From: Callorhinchus milii
Lineage: Eukaryota
Direction of reading: 5' to 3'
Length of the DNA: 64,000 nucleotides
Assembly (NCBI RefSeq): GCF_018977255.1
Contig: NW_024704742.1
Coordinates: 72,976,001-73,040,000 of the forward strand
Shown one piece after another: positions 35,617-48,349 of this stretch. The translations under genes were made by a program, and so were the position numbers. Below the pieces are notes generated by a model. It saw only the letters and a program-made list of their open reading frames with translations. It did not search any database and had not been told where the DNA came from. Positions within the stretch are counted from its first letter, which is position 1. Every line of letters begins with the position of its first letter.

Positions 35617-35889
35617 TAAATTGTAAATGTATGTTACGTATGCAACACACACACAGCCCTTCAATCAATTCTATTGTCTTTTATCAAGAGTGATTAACTG
35701 TGCATGAATCTTGGATTATAAGTATATTGATAAGTGAGCAAAATCTTCTACAATTAACAGAAAATATTGATTTACACTAAACATAATTAATGACTCAGAT
35801 GGATGTCTCAGATGAGATTTTAGAGAATTCTTTTATATAAAATGCTAAATGAGATTAAGAATTAAACCCAGAACAATGCCTTCAGATAC

Positions 35890-37010
35890 ATCAGTGCAGC
35901 AGGACAAGTGTACACAGGTTCAGAACAATTTCAGGACTAACACCAGGAAGTAATACTTCACACATAGAGGGCCATTAATTACTGGAATAGGTTACCAGAT
36001 TGAGATCAAGGTGTTGGATTTATTCAGAACCAGTTGGATGCTATTAAGAAAAATGTTAAGATGTTTATCTTGGAAGGATGATATCAAATGATTTAATGGC
36101 TTTATTCATCTAAACCCTCTCTTGCGATCTTGTGAAAGGAACTAAATATCCAACAACAGAATTTTCAGGACAGATTGAGAGGAAAAAAGGGAAGTGGAGT
36201 AAGTGTTACTATTAAAAGCACAATGGCAGTATTAGTAAGGATACTATAGAAAGTGCCGTTCATACAGAATCAGTCTACCTCATTGTAGACAAATAAATAG
36301 CAGGAAAAAATTCAGGATGAGATTTGAGGGAGACTTTAATTGTCCCAAAGGTGATTTAAGGCAAATATTTAGGTCAAAATGGTGAAGAATTCTTGAAATG
36401 TCCTTGATCAATGTATCAAACATCCACCAGAAAAAGAAGTGAAAGATCAGGTTCTGACAACAAAACAGAGCAACTAATTCAGATAAAATGAGAATTTAGG
36501 AAATACTCAAGTGACAATAACTTACTTAAGTTCACAGTGAAATTAGAGAAAGAAGTCGAGCATAAAAGATTTAGAGCTGGAAGAAAGCAAATTTCAGTGG
36601 GATGAAGGGAGACCTAATGCTTATAAAAGAGTTGGAAAAATAGGCAAATTAAACTGTATAGCAGCAGTGGGAATTATTTGAATATGAGATGCATAAGGAA
36701 TAGGTTAAATGCACTCTAATGAGAAGTAAATAAGATGCATCAAAGGTTTCTAGTAGGTTAGAACAAAAAATAACACATGATTAACATTGAACCCATAATA
36801 CTGAACAAATTATGAGAAGTTATTAAAAATTTAGAGGGAAGGAAAGATTAAGAAAGATACATGAAATATGAAAAAGACTGGTAGTGAACATAAAGACTTA
36901 TGGCAAAGCACCTAAGAAATAAGAGTCAAAGAATAATATGACTGCTCAGAGTTAAAAAGGGCAACCTTTGTGGTTGAGAATGGAGGAATGCCAGAGATGA
37001 TTATTATCTG
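35890..37010 (+). mobile_element. Highly decayed CR1 fragments (3' end and endonuclease-linker region)
   Basis: Purine-rich sequence with remnants such as gggagactttaat and gaaagcaaatttcagtgggatgaagggagaccta. Confidence 0.5.
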
Positions 37011-37019
37011 AATCTCTGT

Positions 37020-38245
37020 GTGTTAGCCTGGCTCAGTTGGTAGCAATCTTGCCTCTGAGTCAGAAGGCTGTGGGTTCAAGTTCCATTGAAATGGTAGGCC
37101 AACATGGCAGCCCAATAACGTCCCAAAAATGCCAGGAGGTGAATGCATAATTTATCTGCAAGAATATTGGCCAGGACACCAGGAGAAACACCTTAATATC
37201 TTGGAATCTTTAATATCCCCAGAACCAATAGATGGGACCTTCATTTAGTATCTCATCCAAAGGATGTCACCTCTGACAATGCAGCCCTCCCTTAAAGCTG
37301 CAACATGTATCAGTCTACTCTAGATGGTGAGCTGTGAGGTTTCAGCTTGTACTCTTCTGACTCCGAGGAAATAGTATTGCCATCTGAGTCAAACTGACTA
37401 ATTTCAGTTCATAATCAAAGCTGACATTCCATGGAAATACTGAGATCTTGTTGAAGGACACTACAGTGTAGTCCTAAGAGATTATCCTTCAGATAAAATG
37501 TCAAATATCAAAGCTATCCATTCCAATACAAAATGCAAGGTTTATTAAACTGCCTGCATTGTGGTACAATTTTGAAGAAGAGCTGGGAGATCTTTTGGCA
37601 TCCTCACCAATTAGCTAATTTTACCTCAAAACAAATTGGTCCTTCAATTCATTGCTGCTTGTCCAATGTTATTGTCCAACTATTTCATTTCCCGATGTGA
37701 AAGGCGCTATACAAATGTAATTTCCTATTGTATTTATCACTTTATCGACCTTTGATTGGTATGGTTAGAATAAGATTTTCTCATTATGAGCTCACACTGG
37801 CAAAGTTGGTAAATTTAACAACAATTGGACAATCACTCCTTTTATGTCTTTTTAATGCAGCTTTGCCTTTGCAGCTACAACGAGTGCAAATCCAACGTTT
37901 AAGGCATTAATAATAATCCTTACATTTGATATAGCAGCTTTATCACCTCTCAAAGTTTCTGTGAAGTACATACAGATATTTTGTAGGCAAACTTTTTTTA
38001 CACCCAACAATGCTTCACAAACAGCCATCAATTTTAACTGAATGATTGTTGGTCAGGAAACTGGGAGTAACTCCTGAATAGTGCCTTGGGATCTTTAACA
38101 GGCAGTCGGGACATTGGTTTAACATCTTATCTGAAAGAGGGTACCCCTGATAATGCAGAATCAAAATGTCTATATATATATAAATTCAAATCTACAACCT
38201 TCTGACTCAGAAGCGAGAGCTGTACCAACTGATTCAGGCTGACAT
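37020..38245. mobile_element. Cluster of Deu/SacSINE1-like SINE fragments in both orientations
   Basis: Heads ggctcagttggtagc..ctctgagtcagaagg and reversed Deu cores at 37160-37400 and 37908-38245. Confidence 0.7.
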
Positions 38246-39096
38246 CTACTGAAGACTGACATTTCTATTTGTTTTTAAAATTGAAATTACACATAATTGT
38301 GGAAAATTATTAAATTCAGCATGTGAAATTCCAAAAATATTTGGATCGTTCTCTGGACCTCTTTCGTCTAATGCTATATAGCTGCTAAGACATAAACACT
38401 TTTTCACCACTGAATATTGCTAAAGAATATTCAAGTCAGTTTTTACCCACCTGGATATTTTTAGGTTGAGTATGTGGGGAGGGGGGAGGTGGGATTATTT
38501 TTAATGCCAAAACATCAGAAGACATTCAGGGGGGGAATTTGACACCATAAAAATCAGGCAATTTCAGTAGAAATCTGTATTTATTTTCAAATCAGTGTGA
38601 CTGCTGCATTAATATACAAACATGATCCTGAAAATACTTTTTGCAGTAAGACCTTTAGGCTGCAGGTGGCATTACAGACTCAGCTGCCAATAGCATGTGA
38701 ACGTTAGTTCCATTTCCTTTGCATATAATGCAATTAACATCCATTGAAACTCATATGCAGGGTAACACAATTTAGCAGCCGAGCAATACACTTCCATTTT
38801 TATTAGGGATCTAAGCAGTTTCTTGGCAAAATAAGAAGATTGGACTCTGAGCAGTATTGAAGCACAGTTTGTGTTCTCACATAGAGTATGTTATGAGTGA
38901 AGTAATAATTACAGTACTGAACAGTCAACGAGACATCCCTGACAGTTACATAGCATTTCAACATTAGAGAAGTTTGCACAGATTACATTACTTATCATCA
39001 TCAATGGAATAATTCTGATCACAAATCTCTGGAGGATTGTAATGCTGCCAAAGTAGACAGCAACGGCTGCTGTACATGATTATGGACACTAGGCTA

Positions 39097-39712
39097 CAGG
39101 GCCGGATTAACCAATAAACCAGACAAGAAATTGATTAGGACCCCAGGGTTTGAGGGGGCCCCTGGATACTGTTGACGGCTTTACCTCCCGGCTGCACCTC
39201 TCTTCCCGTCACGCTCCTCATACAACACAGTGCAGAGAGTGATGAAAAAATTGGTGGAGCGGGAGGTATGACGTATCTGCCACTCCGTCGCCTTTACGGC
39301 ACTCTTCGCGAGTTATCCGGGAAATAGAAGCATCAACAAAATCCGTAACCCCCTCAGACCTCGTCTCCATGCCTCATACAATCTGGTGAGGAGCAGCACG
39401 GAGAACAACCTGAAGAGTGACACAACCAGCAAGTAAAGACTTGGGTTTAGTTTACTTTGGCTGGGTTGGATTGTTCTGTCCTGCTCTCGGCTGCGTTTGG
39501 TTCAGTTTGGTTGATTGCTGATCTGGGTTAGATATTGTAAAATGGGTGTGCCCCCCGACCCACCCCCCCCGCCCCACCACCCACTCCCACACACACACAC
39601 ACACGATTACCAATACCACATTCCACCACCCTCCACCCCGCTAGCCTGCAATCGTCAGCCTATTTACCAATTTGCTAAAACCTTGGCACTGAAACACAGT
39701 TAATCACCCGCA
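39097..39712 (+). mobile_element. Putative non-autonomous hAT-like DNA transposon relic
   Basis: Left end cagggccggattaac..gggggccc is typical of hAT-type elements. The right end is only degenerate (gttaatcacccg). The interior is CpG-rich. Confidence 0.5.
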
Positions 39713-39989
39713 TTTGCAACAAAAACACACTTCTTTCAAATTATTTCACAGTTACTCTTTGGAGTTTAATTGTCAGCATTATTGTTATTATTACACAGCC
39801 ACGTTCTGCAGGTATTTGGCAGGTGTAGGAGGCTAGAGTGCCCCGAGCATTTGTACTGCACTGCACAGTGTGTAATTCACTTTGCAGTGAATGACACATA
39901 ATTTGTCTGATCCGCTGCCAGTGGCATGGGAAGCCACACCCAGTGCAATTATCTGCGTTGGGCTCACATTTCCAAATGTGGCAGTTGCT

Positions 39990-40472
39990 CTTCATATGTT
40001 TTTGACACTGAGGTCTCATCTGCTTGTTCAAATGGATGCTAAAGATCCCATAGCACTATTCGAAAAGACAAGGAAATGTCTCCCTGTGTCCTGGCCAACA
40101 ATCCAGCAAATAAAATTGGTCATTCACTTCATGGCTGTTTGTGGGACATTGCTGTGTGTATATTGGCTACTGGATCACCCCAAAAATATACACAGTCACA
40201 CAACTTTACAACGTAACCCGTGAAGCTCTTTGAGACATCTCGATGATGTAATAAGGCAAAAAACTCTGGAGAACTCATCATTCCAAAGGAATTGACTGTA
40301 TATTTGTGGGCAAACGCGGCAGCCAATTGCACACAGCAGTGTCCCACAAACAGTCGTAGATTGAAAATGACCAATTTATTATTGTTTTTGGGGGTTTTGG
40401 AGGGATTATTATTAGGGGTGTGGAGTAAGGAAACTTGCCCAAGGTTTCGCCCTGCCTGGAATTGAACTCAGG
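39990..40472. mobile_element. Deu SINE (+, 39990-40260) and tRNA SINE fragment (-, 40288-40472)
   Basis: Deu core aaagatcccatagcactattcgaa; reversed short-form SINE body. Confidence 0.8.
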
Positions 40473-41517
40473 TATTAAGCAAAGAGCAAGTCAAACGAAG
40501 TCCGTGATCTTGCTTAAGGTCACATCCTCTCTCCCTCTCCCCTTCGCTCCGCACAGTGAATCACTCCAGGATGCTATCTGTGTGAAGGGTGCTATATTAA
40601 TGGAAGTTGTTGTTGAAGTTGTTGTTAACATTTTGCATGGAAATGCAGCCAGGATATTGGCAGCATAGCTACTTAAGTGGTAGTGACAAGTTAAGCAGGG
40701 TCAAGTTATCAGAAGTTGACTGTATATCAAATGAAAGGATTATTATAAATAATCACCAGAGTGTTGTGCTCTCAGGCAAACTTCTGAGTACAATTCATTA
40801 AACTAAACATTTGACATTAAAGATGTAAAATCTAATTTCAGATAATTTCAACAAACTTCTCTGAGGAACTGGCAAGAATGGCTTTGTCAATTTTTGGGTT
40901 GTTTAAGATAATCATTTATGAAGAAACAATGGCCACAGTTGGATTACTTAGTGGATATTCAGATGTAGAAGATCCACTATAACAGGAAGAAGATGTTAAA
41001 GCTGAGCTTGTCACCAACCCAAACCTCTAAAATATGTTGATTTGAAACAAGCTGTACATTTCTTTTTTGGTCTCTACCATTATTGAAAATTTTCAATGAA
41101 ATGAAAACATTTTTTTCTTGATCTGAAACCATCATAAAATTGGTAACAGATGTCAATCAAAGCTCAGAATGCTAAGTGAAGATCCAGCTGCAGTATTGGC
41201 AGTTAATTCAATATTGTTTCCAAATGTGAGGTACTATTGTTTGGTAACCAGGAGTTCGACACACATGGAATTCTTATACTCCAGTGTGGTATAAGATAAT
41301 TAACTTAGTATAAGTATAAGATAATATATAAGATAATATCTTATATATACGTAGGTGGGGTAGGGAATAGGTACAGGTTGGCGGAAGTCAACGTTTAGAG
41401 ACAAATTCAGCAAAAAACACACATTGGTTTACTGTAGAGTTGAACCATCCCACACTGCAGCTTATCAGTATAAGGAATCATTATACAATAGGCTAAGGCA
41501 ACTGAGGTAAAAAACAC

Positions 41518-42245
41518 TAACAATAACAACCACAAAATTACATATGTATAGCGCCTTTCACGTCAGGAGAACATCCCAAGGCGCTGGACAGACAGAGTTA
41601 CGAACCTGAGCTGGGGCTCGGGGTGGGGGAGGGTGGAGGGTGAGTGGGGGGTGAAGCAGGTAGATCGAAAGCACGGTCGAAGAGGAAGGTTTTGAGGTGG
41701 GTCCTGAAGGTGGCAAGGGAGGGGGCAAGACAGAGGGACTGTGGGATGGAGTTTCAGAGGGTGGGGGCAGAGTGGTGGAAGGCCCACCCGCCAATAGTGG
41801 GGCGAGCAAGGCAGGAGACGAGAAGCAGGCCGGAGGCCGCTGAGCAGAGAGAGCAAACAGGATGGTAGAGGGTTAGGAGGTCGGAGAGGTAGGGGGGAGC
41901 AAGTCCGTGGAGGGCTTTGATGGTGAGAACCAGGATCTTGAAATGTATCCTCTGTGTGATGGGAAGCCAGTGGAGTCGGGCAAGGATGGGGGTGATAGGG
42001 TGACGGAGCCGGTGTAGGAGAGGACATAGGCTGCAGAGTTCTGGATGATCTGCAGCCTATGGAGGGAGGAGTTGGGGAGGCCGACAAGCAGGGAGTTTGC
42101 ATAGTCGAGTCTCAAGGTAATGAAGGCATGTATGAGGGTTTTGGTGGCCTGTGGTATGAGACAATGTCGGAACCAGGCGACTTTGCAGAGGTCAGGGAAG
42201 GCAGAGCAGGTCATGGCGCAGATGTGGGGTAGAAAGGATAGTTGA
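41518..42245 (-). mobile_element. L2 3' fragment
   Basis: TLIHAFITLRLDYANSLLVGLP..LQIIQNSAA and an L2 tail. Confidence 0.9.
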
Positions 42246-42589
42246 GGAACTGCTGCTGCAGTTACAACTGTTGTTTTCTACCCATGACATAACTACCACG
42301 CCTTACTAAATATAGTAACAACCACTCACTTTGATTGCAAAATATGACCTATTTTGGTGAGTGAAACCCTCACAGGGAAATAGTACTGTACAGTTTATTT
42401 AGATTCAATGTGATCTGACTTCAGAGTAACACAAACATCACCAATATCAGCTGAGATAGAGTCTTGAATCACTTTGATGTAGCAAATACTGTGATAAAAC
42501 TGCACTCTGATTTCAAACTGAGTTAGGTGAGTGGAGTGGGGTGCGGTTAGGGGTGGAGCAGAGGCATAAGGTGGGACAAGAATTAGGGA

Positions 42590-45500
42590 ACGCAAACATT
42601 TTCTCTTCCCACCCGTGCCCAATCATCTGCAGGGCGCTCGTATGGTTCGAGTCCTACTTAACCAACTGCCTCCACTTCTATCTCGGCAAATGTTTTTCCT
42701 TCCCACCCCAACCACTCACCTGCAGAGTACCTTGAGGTTCCATCCTTGGCCCCCTTCTTTTCCTCATCTACATGCTCCCTCTCGCTCATGTGATCCGCAG
42801 ACATGGGGTCAACTTCCACATGTATGGGGATGACACCCAAATCTACTTCTCCTCCTCCAGCTGTGACTCCCAATCCACTGATGTTGTGTCAGTTTGTTTG
42901 ACAGATATCAAGGCCTTGATAAGCAGAAATTTCCGCAACTGAATGTTGGCAAGACCAAAGCCATACTCTTTGGCTCCCATCAACATCTTCTCTCCTGTGG
43001 GCCTGAACTCCTCAACCTCCCCGGGCTCTCCCTCAGACTCTCCAAACCCGTGTGCAACTTAGGCATCAGATTTGATCCCCAGCTTTCCTTTCTACCCCAC
43101 ATCCATTCCATGACCAAGAACGCTTTTTACCACCTCTGTCATATTGTCCGCCTCCGTCCATACCTCACAACAAATGCATCCGAAACCCTCATCCACACCT
43201 TTAAGAACATAAGAACATAAGAATTAGGAGCAAGAGTTGGCCATTCGGCCCTTCGTGCCTGCTCCGCCATTCAATAAGATCATGGCTGATCTTCTCACCT
43301 AACTCTGATTACCTGCCCTATCCCCATATCCCCTAATCCCTCTATTTTTCAAGGATCTATCACTCTCAGTCATGAAAATGTTCAAGGACTGAGCATCTAC
43401 AGCCTTCTGGGGTAGTGAATTCCATAAGTTCACTACCCTCTGAGTGAAGAAATGTTTCCTCAACTCTGTTCTAAGAGGCTGACCCTTAATTTTAAGACTG
43501 TGACCCCTGGTTATAGATTCTCCTACCAGGGGAAACAGTCCCTCTGTGTCTACTTTATCAGCCCTTTAAGAATCTTATAAGTTTCAATAAGATCCCCCTA
43601 ATTCTTCTGTACTCTAGAGAATACAGCCCTAGTTTATTCAGCCTATCCTCATAGGTCAGTCCCCTCATCCCAGGAACTAACCGAGTGAATCTACGCTGCA
43701 CCCCCTCTAGGGCAAGTATGTCCTTTTTTAAATAAGGAGACCAAAACTGCACACAATACTCTAGGTGCGGTCTCACCAAAGCCCTATACAGTTGCAGCAA
43801 GACTTCCCTACTCTTATATTCTAAACCTTTTGAAATGAACGCTAACATGCCGTTCGCCTTCTTAGTTGCTTGCTGCACCTGCAAACTAACTTTTTGGGAC
43901 TGGTGTACAAGGACACCCAAATCCCTTTGAATACTAACACTATCTAACTTCTCCCCTTCCAGAAAATAATCTGTTCTTTTATTCTTGCTACCAAGGTGAA
44001 TAATTTCACACTTGCTAACATTGAATTCCATCTGCCACCTACTTGCCCACTCCCCAGGCCTATCTATATCTTGTTGCAATCTTTTTGCATCATCCTGAGA
44101 GCTCACTCTGTACCTAGTTTAGCATCATCCGCGAATTTAGACACATTACATTCAATGTCCTCGTCCAGATCATTGATGTAAATGGTAAATAGCTGAGGCC
44201 CAAGCACTGATCCTTGTGGCACTCCACTAGTTACATCCTGCCAATTCGAGAATGATCCGTTTATCACTACTCTCTGCTTTCTACCCGATAGCCACTCTTC
44301 TATCCATGTTAATATTTTCCCATTAATCCCGTGGGCCTTGATCTTGAGTAACAGCCTTTTGTGTGGCACCTTGTCAAATGCCTTCCTAAAATCCAAATAT
44401 ACCACATCTACTGGTTCCCCCTTATCCAACCTGCTGGATACATCCTCAAAAAATTCTAAAAGGTTAGTCAAGCATGACTTCCCTTTTGTAAAGCCATGTT
44501 GACTCTGCCTAATCTTTTTATGGTCTTCCAGGTATCCCATAACTACGTCTTTTATTAAGGACTCAAGAATTTTCCCTACAACTGACGTCAAACTAACTGG
44601 TCTATAGTTTTCCCTATTTTCTCTCCCACCCTTCTTAAATAGTGGAGTTACGTTTGCAATCTTCCAATCAATGGGAACTTTTCCAGTATCCACAGACTTT
44701 TGGAAGATTATAGACATGCCATCCACTATCTCAGTAGCCACCTCCTTTAAAACTCTCGGATGCAGGCCATCCGGTCCAGGGGATTTATCGGTTTTAAGAC
44801 CCGACAATTTACCTAGAACCATCTCTTTACTAATGTTAATCTCCCTAAGTTGCTCGCTAACATTGTCTTCTTGGTCCTCTATTTTTGGTATGTTTCCAGT
44901 GTCTTCTACGGTGAAGACTGTAGAAAAATACTTGTTTAATGACTCTGCCATGTCTTTGTCCCCTATTATAATTCCTCCGGTCTCTGCCTGTAATGGACCC
45001 ACATTCACCCTCGCTAGCCTTTTCCTCTTTATATATTTGTAAAAACTCTTGGAGTCTGTTTTTATGTTCTTTGCTAGTTTGCCCTCGTAATCTATTTTCT
45101 CCCTCTTGATCAATTTTTTGGTCCTCCTCTGTTGTTCCCTAAAGTTCTCCCAATCCTCGGGTTTACTACTCATCTTCGCTGTTTTATAGGCTTTTTCTTT
45201 TGATTTGATACTTTCCCTAACTGCTCTAGTTAGCCATGGCTGCACCACCTTTCCCATGGCATTCTTATTCCTCAAAGGAATATGTGCTCGTTGGGAATTT
45301 TGCACTATCTCCTTGAATGTCTGCCATTGCTGGTCTACTGTAAAATCTTTAAGTTTAGTCTCCCAGTTTATTCTGGCTAAATCCTGTCTCATACCAGCAA
45401 AGTTGGCTCGATTTAAATTGAAGACTTTTGCTTCAGACTTAACTTCCCAGCTTGTCACTTCCCGGCTGGACTTTTCCAATGCCCTCCTTGCTGGTCCCCA

Positions 45501-45700
45501 AGTTCCACCATACACAAAATTCAACTAATTCAGAACTCTGTTGCCCGGATTCTCACCCGCACAAAACTCCATACCCCCATCACACCAGTCCTTGTCAGGC
45601 TCCACTGGATCCCAATTACCAACCAGATCAATTTCAAAATCCTTTCAATCATTTTAAAATCCCTTCATGCGTTCGCACCTTCAACTTGTTGTTGTTGTAG
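42590..45700 (+). mobile_element. L2 fragment (42590-43201 and 45451-45700) split by a CR1 insertion
   Basis: [21 protein letters not shown] is continuous across the insertion. Confidence 0.88.
43202..45450 (-). mobile_element. Young CR1 LINE, 5'-truncated, about 2.25 kb, with a nearly intact RT domain
   Basis: About 450 open codons with [43 protein letters not shown] and FADD; two apparent 1-nt frameshifts; (ttcttatg)n tail. Confidence 0.96.
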
Positions 45701-45807
45701 ACTCCTATTTAACCCTGCAAGCCAGGGCACTCAAGGATAGGATGCCCGAGCTGGATAGGGAGCAGAAATCTTCCCAGGCAATGTTCTCAATTGTGATTTG
45801 AGTTGGT

Positions 45808-46370
45808 TGTGTGTCAATCTGGCTCAGTTGATGGCACTCTCGCCTGAGTCAGAAGGTGTGGGTTCCAACCCCACATTGGGACTTGAACTCACATAGTCTA
45901 AGCTGACACTCCAATGTGGTGCTAGGGGCTTGTTGCATTGTGGGAGGTGCTGTACTTGGAAAAGAAAAAGGAGTTTCTCCCGGTGTCCTGGCCAACAATC
46001 AGTGGTGGCTGGTGATCTTTTTGACAGATGAGGCCGTCTGAGTTTGCCTAACCAAGCTACCTTGTTATCATGGCAAAGCGCCCTTCACGCATACTCTCTT
46101 GGTCCTGATCTCTCTCCCACGGCATTGCTGTCTTGCTCCCTTAGCTCCCAAATTGGTACTGTCTTGCTCCTTGCTCCCGTGCTCCTGAAGTTCTAAATGA
46201 GGCAGTGCCTCACTTGATGAGCTGCCACTGCCAACAATCCAAATAAAATTGGTCATGGTTCACTGGTGGGACATTGTTGTGTGCAATTGAGCTACTACAT
46301 TCGCCTACAAATACACAGTTACTACCTCAGAGTAAATCCTATGAAGCGCTTTAGTATTATTATTAATAAA
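45808..46370 (+). mobile_element. Deu/SacSINE1-like SINE with an internal insertion
   Basis: tRNA-like head, ggtgtcctggccaacaatc (ccaacaatc repeats at about 46231) and a Deu 3' body. Confidence 0.7.
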
Positions 46371-46565
46371 TCCCAGCACTACCCCCAATGCTTACTCTGA
46401 GGTCTCCAAGCCTTCACTCTTGCCAATTTGTGCCTAATATTCTCTGGATTTGTGCCAAATACGCTCAGAGATTCCACCCTGCATGCAAGTGCAAGTTGTT
46501 GTTGGAATTAAATAAGTAGGATGAATCCCTCCAAGAGAGAATACACACATTCCATTCCAGAAATG

Positions 46566-46576
46566 GGGAAATTTCC
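46566..46576 (+). promoter_or_regulatory. kappaB-like site GGGAAATTTCC (palindromic core GGAAATTTCC) in the intergenic region
   Basis: Motif match in non-repeat sequence about 1.5 kb upstream of the promoter kappaB site; function unproven. Confidence 0.35.
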
Positions 46577-46769
46577 ATGTGTAGGTGGAATACATGGAAC
46601 TCGTGGTGATGGGTTTTGCATGTGTCAGACACTCAGCTGACCAAAAAAATTACACTCAACCCAATGAGGAACCAACAGTTGAGGAGAAATTCTATTTTTG
46701 TGCCACTTTAGAGTTTCCAGAATTTGGCAATTGATTAATTCAGCCTTAACTTCCACTCTTAACTCATCA

Positions 46770-47265
46770 CCCATATGAAGTCCACCAACCTGCTTCCTCA
46801 ACCAGATCCCCATCCAGCTGCTGGTCACTAAACTCCCCTTTGCTCTGCGCCCTGCTGGCCGACACAGTCAACCAGTTGCTCTCCTATGGTTTTGTTCCCA
46901 CTGCCCCTCAAATAGCTGTCATTAGTCCCCTCCTTAAAAAAAAACACCCTCGATTCCCGTAATCTAGCAAACTACAGGCCATTTCTAACTTGCCTTTCCT
47001 GGCCAAAGTTCTGTACCACATTGTTGCAAAACGACTTTGCTTACGCCTCTCCCTCCACTCCCTACACCAGCCCTCCCAGTCCAGTTTCTGCCCTGTCCAC
47101 AGCACAGGGACAGGACTCGTCAAAGTCACAATTTTTGTTCTCTCCCTCTGTGACCAGGACTCCCTCTGCCTCATTTCCTCCTGGATCTCTCCACTGCATT
47201 CAACACAGTTGATCATACTATCCTCCTCCAACACCTCTCCTCCCTCATCCACGTCACTGGGACCC
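46770..47265 (+). mobile_element. L2 RT fragment
   Basis: [14 protein letters not shown] remnant and CDQDSLCL. Confidence 0.8.
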
Positions 47266-47479
47266 GCAGAACAAGAGGACACACAGGTGTATGATTGCAT
47301 GGGGTAATTCGAGAACAGGCACCAGGAATCTTCTTTTTAATACCCGGATCTTGATGGGAGGACTCATTTATTTTTAAAAAAAGCAGCTTGATGTTGAGGT
47401 GGGCAGAGGGCAGGATGGGCATTCTGGAGGGATGAGATCCAATGAGCAGAAGGGTCCTCTTTCACCCGAAGGTTATAAT

Positions 47480-47860
47480 AAGAATAAATAATCTTTGCAT
47501 TTGGCGTAGCGCCTTTCACGTCGTCGAGACATCTCGGAGCGCTTTACAAATATATCGTAAAGTGAATTAACTGTAGGCAAAACGCGGCCACCAATTGCGT
47601 ATAGCAGTGCCGCTCGAACAGCCCTGGATTGGGTGACCAAATTATTATTCTTTTATTATTTTTTTGAAGGGGTTATTACCTCCGGTAAAAGCAATCGGCT
47701 TAAGGGCCAGGTTCCTGCCTCCTGCTCGGCAAACAGAGGAGCGTGGAGTAAGGAAACTTGGCTGAGGATTCGCCCCGGGCCCGGGAACCGAACCGAACCG
47801 AACCGAACCCGGGTCCTCTCGCTTGCGAGGCGAGCGTCTTAACCAATACCTTGCGGGGTG
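47480..47860 (-). mobile_element. Long-form tRNA SINE at the CpG-island edge with a (GGTTC)n B-box expansion
   Basis: gaaccgaaccgaaccgaaccgaaccc within the head; CpG-rich. Confidence 0.85.
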
Positions 47861-48068
47861 CACAGCGAAGTGTAGTGACTGTGTATTGTGCCGGCGAAAC
47901 GTTCCGGCACTTCAGCGAAGGAGGGGTTAACATTGTGGGCGCAAGTGGAGTTAACACGGGGGGGGGGGAGGGGTGTGTGTGGGGGGAGGGGGAAGGGGGG
48001 AGGGGGGGAGGCGTGTGCTATGTGGCTAAGTGGCCGCTTGGGGCGCTCTGGGAGCGGGGTAGGCGGTG

Positions 48069-48078
48069 GGGAAATTCC
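48069..48078 (+). promoter_or_regulatory. NF-kappaB binding site GGGAAATTCC
   Basis: Exact match to GGGRNNYYCC inside the CpG island; NFKB1 autoregulation is established in mammals. Confidence 0.65.
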
Positions 48079-48349
48079 AGCTCGGGGACGGCTGGCGGGG
48101 CAGCCGCGGAGCAGCAGTGGCAGCAGCGGCGGGCAGGGCAGGGCAGGGCTGGGCAGGGCAGGGCAGCGTCACATGGCAGGAGCCTCCTGAGCAGGCAGTG
48201 ACAGGGACAGGCACCGCACGGCACCGCACCGCACGGCCCTCACTCTCCTCACAGCCGAGGCTGACCCGCCCGCGGCAGCGCTTCCCCGTCTCTGTGAGTA
48301 ACTTCAGTGACTGAAGCCGACAACACCCCCTGTACACTCTGTGCTGCTT

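Noticed and set aside
44103..45524. 473-aa RT ORF as a domesticated gene or retron-like system
   Set aside because: It is a standard 5'-truncated CR1 ORF2. The apparent start comes from flanking antisense L2 sequence and the frame breaks right after FADD.
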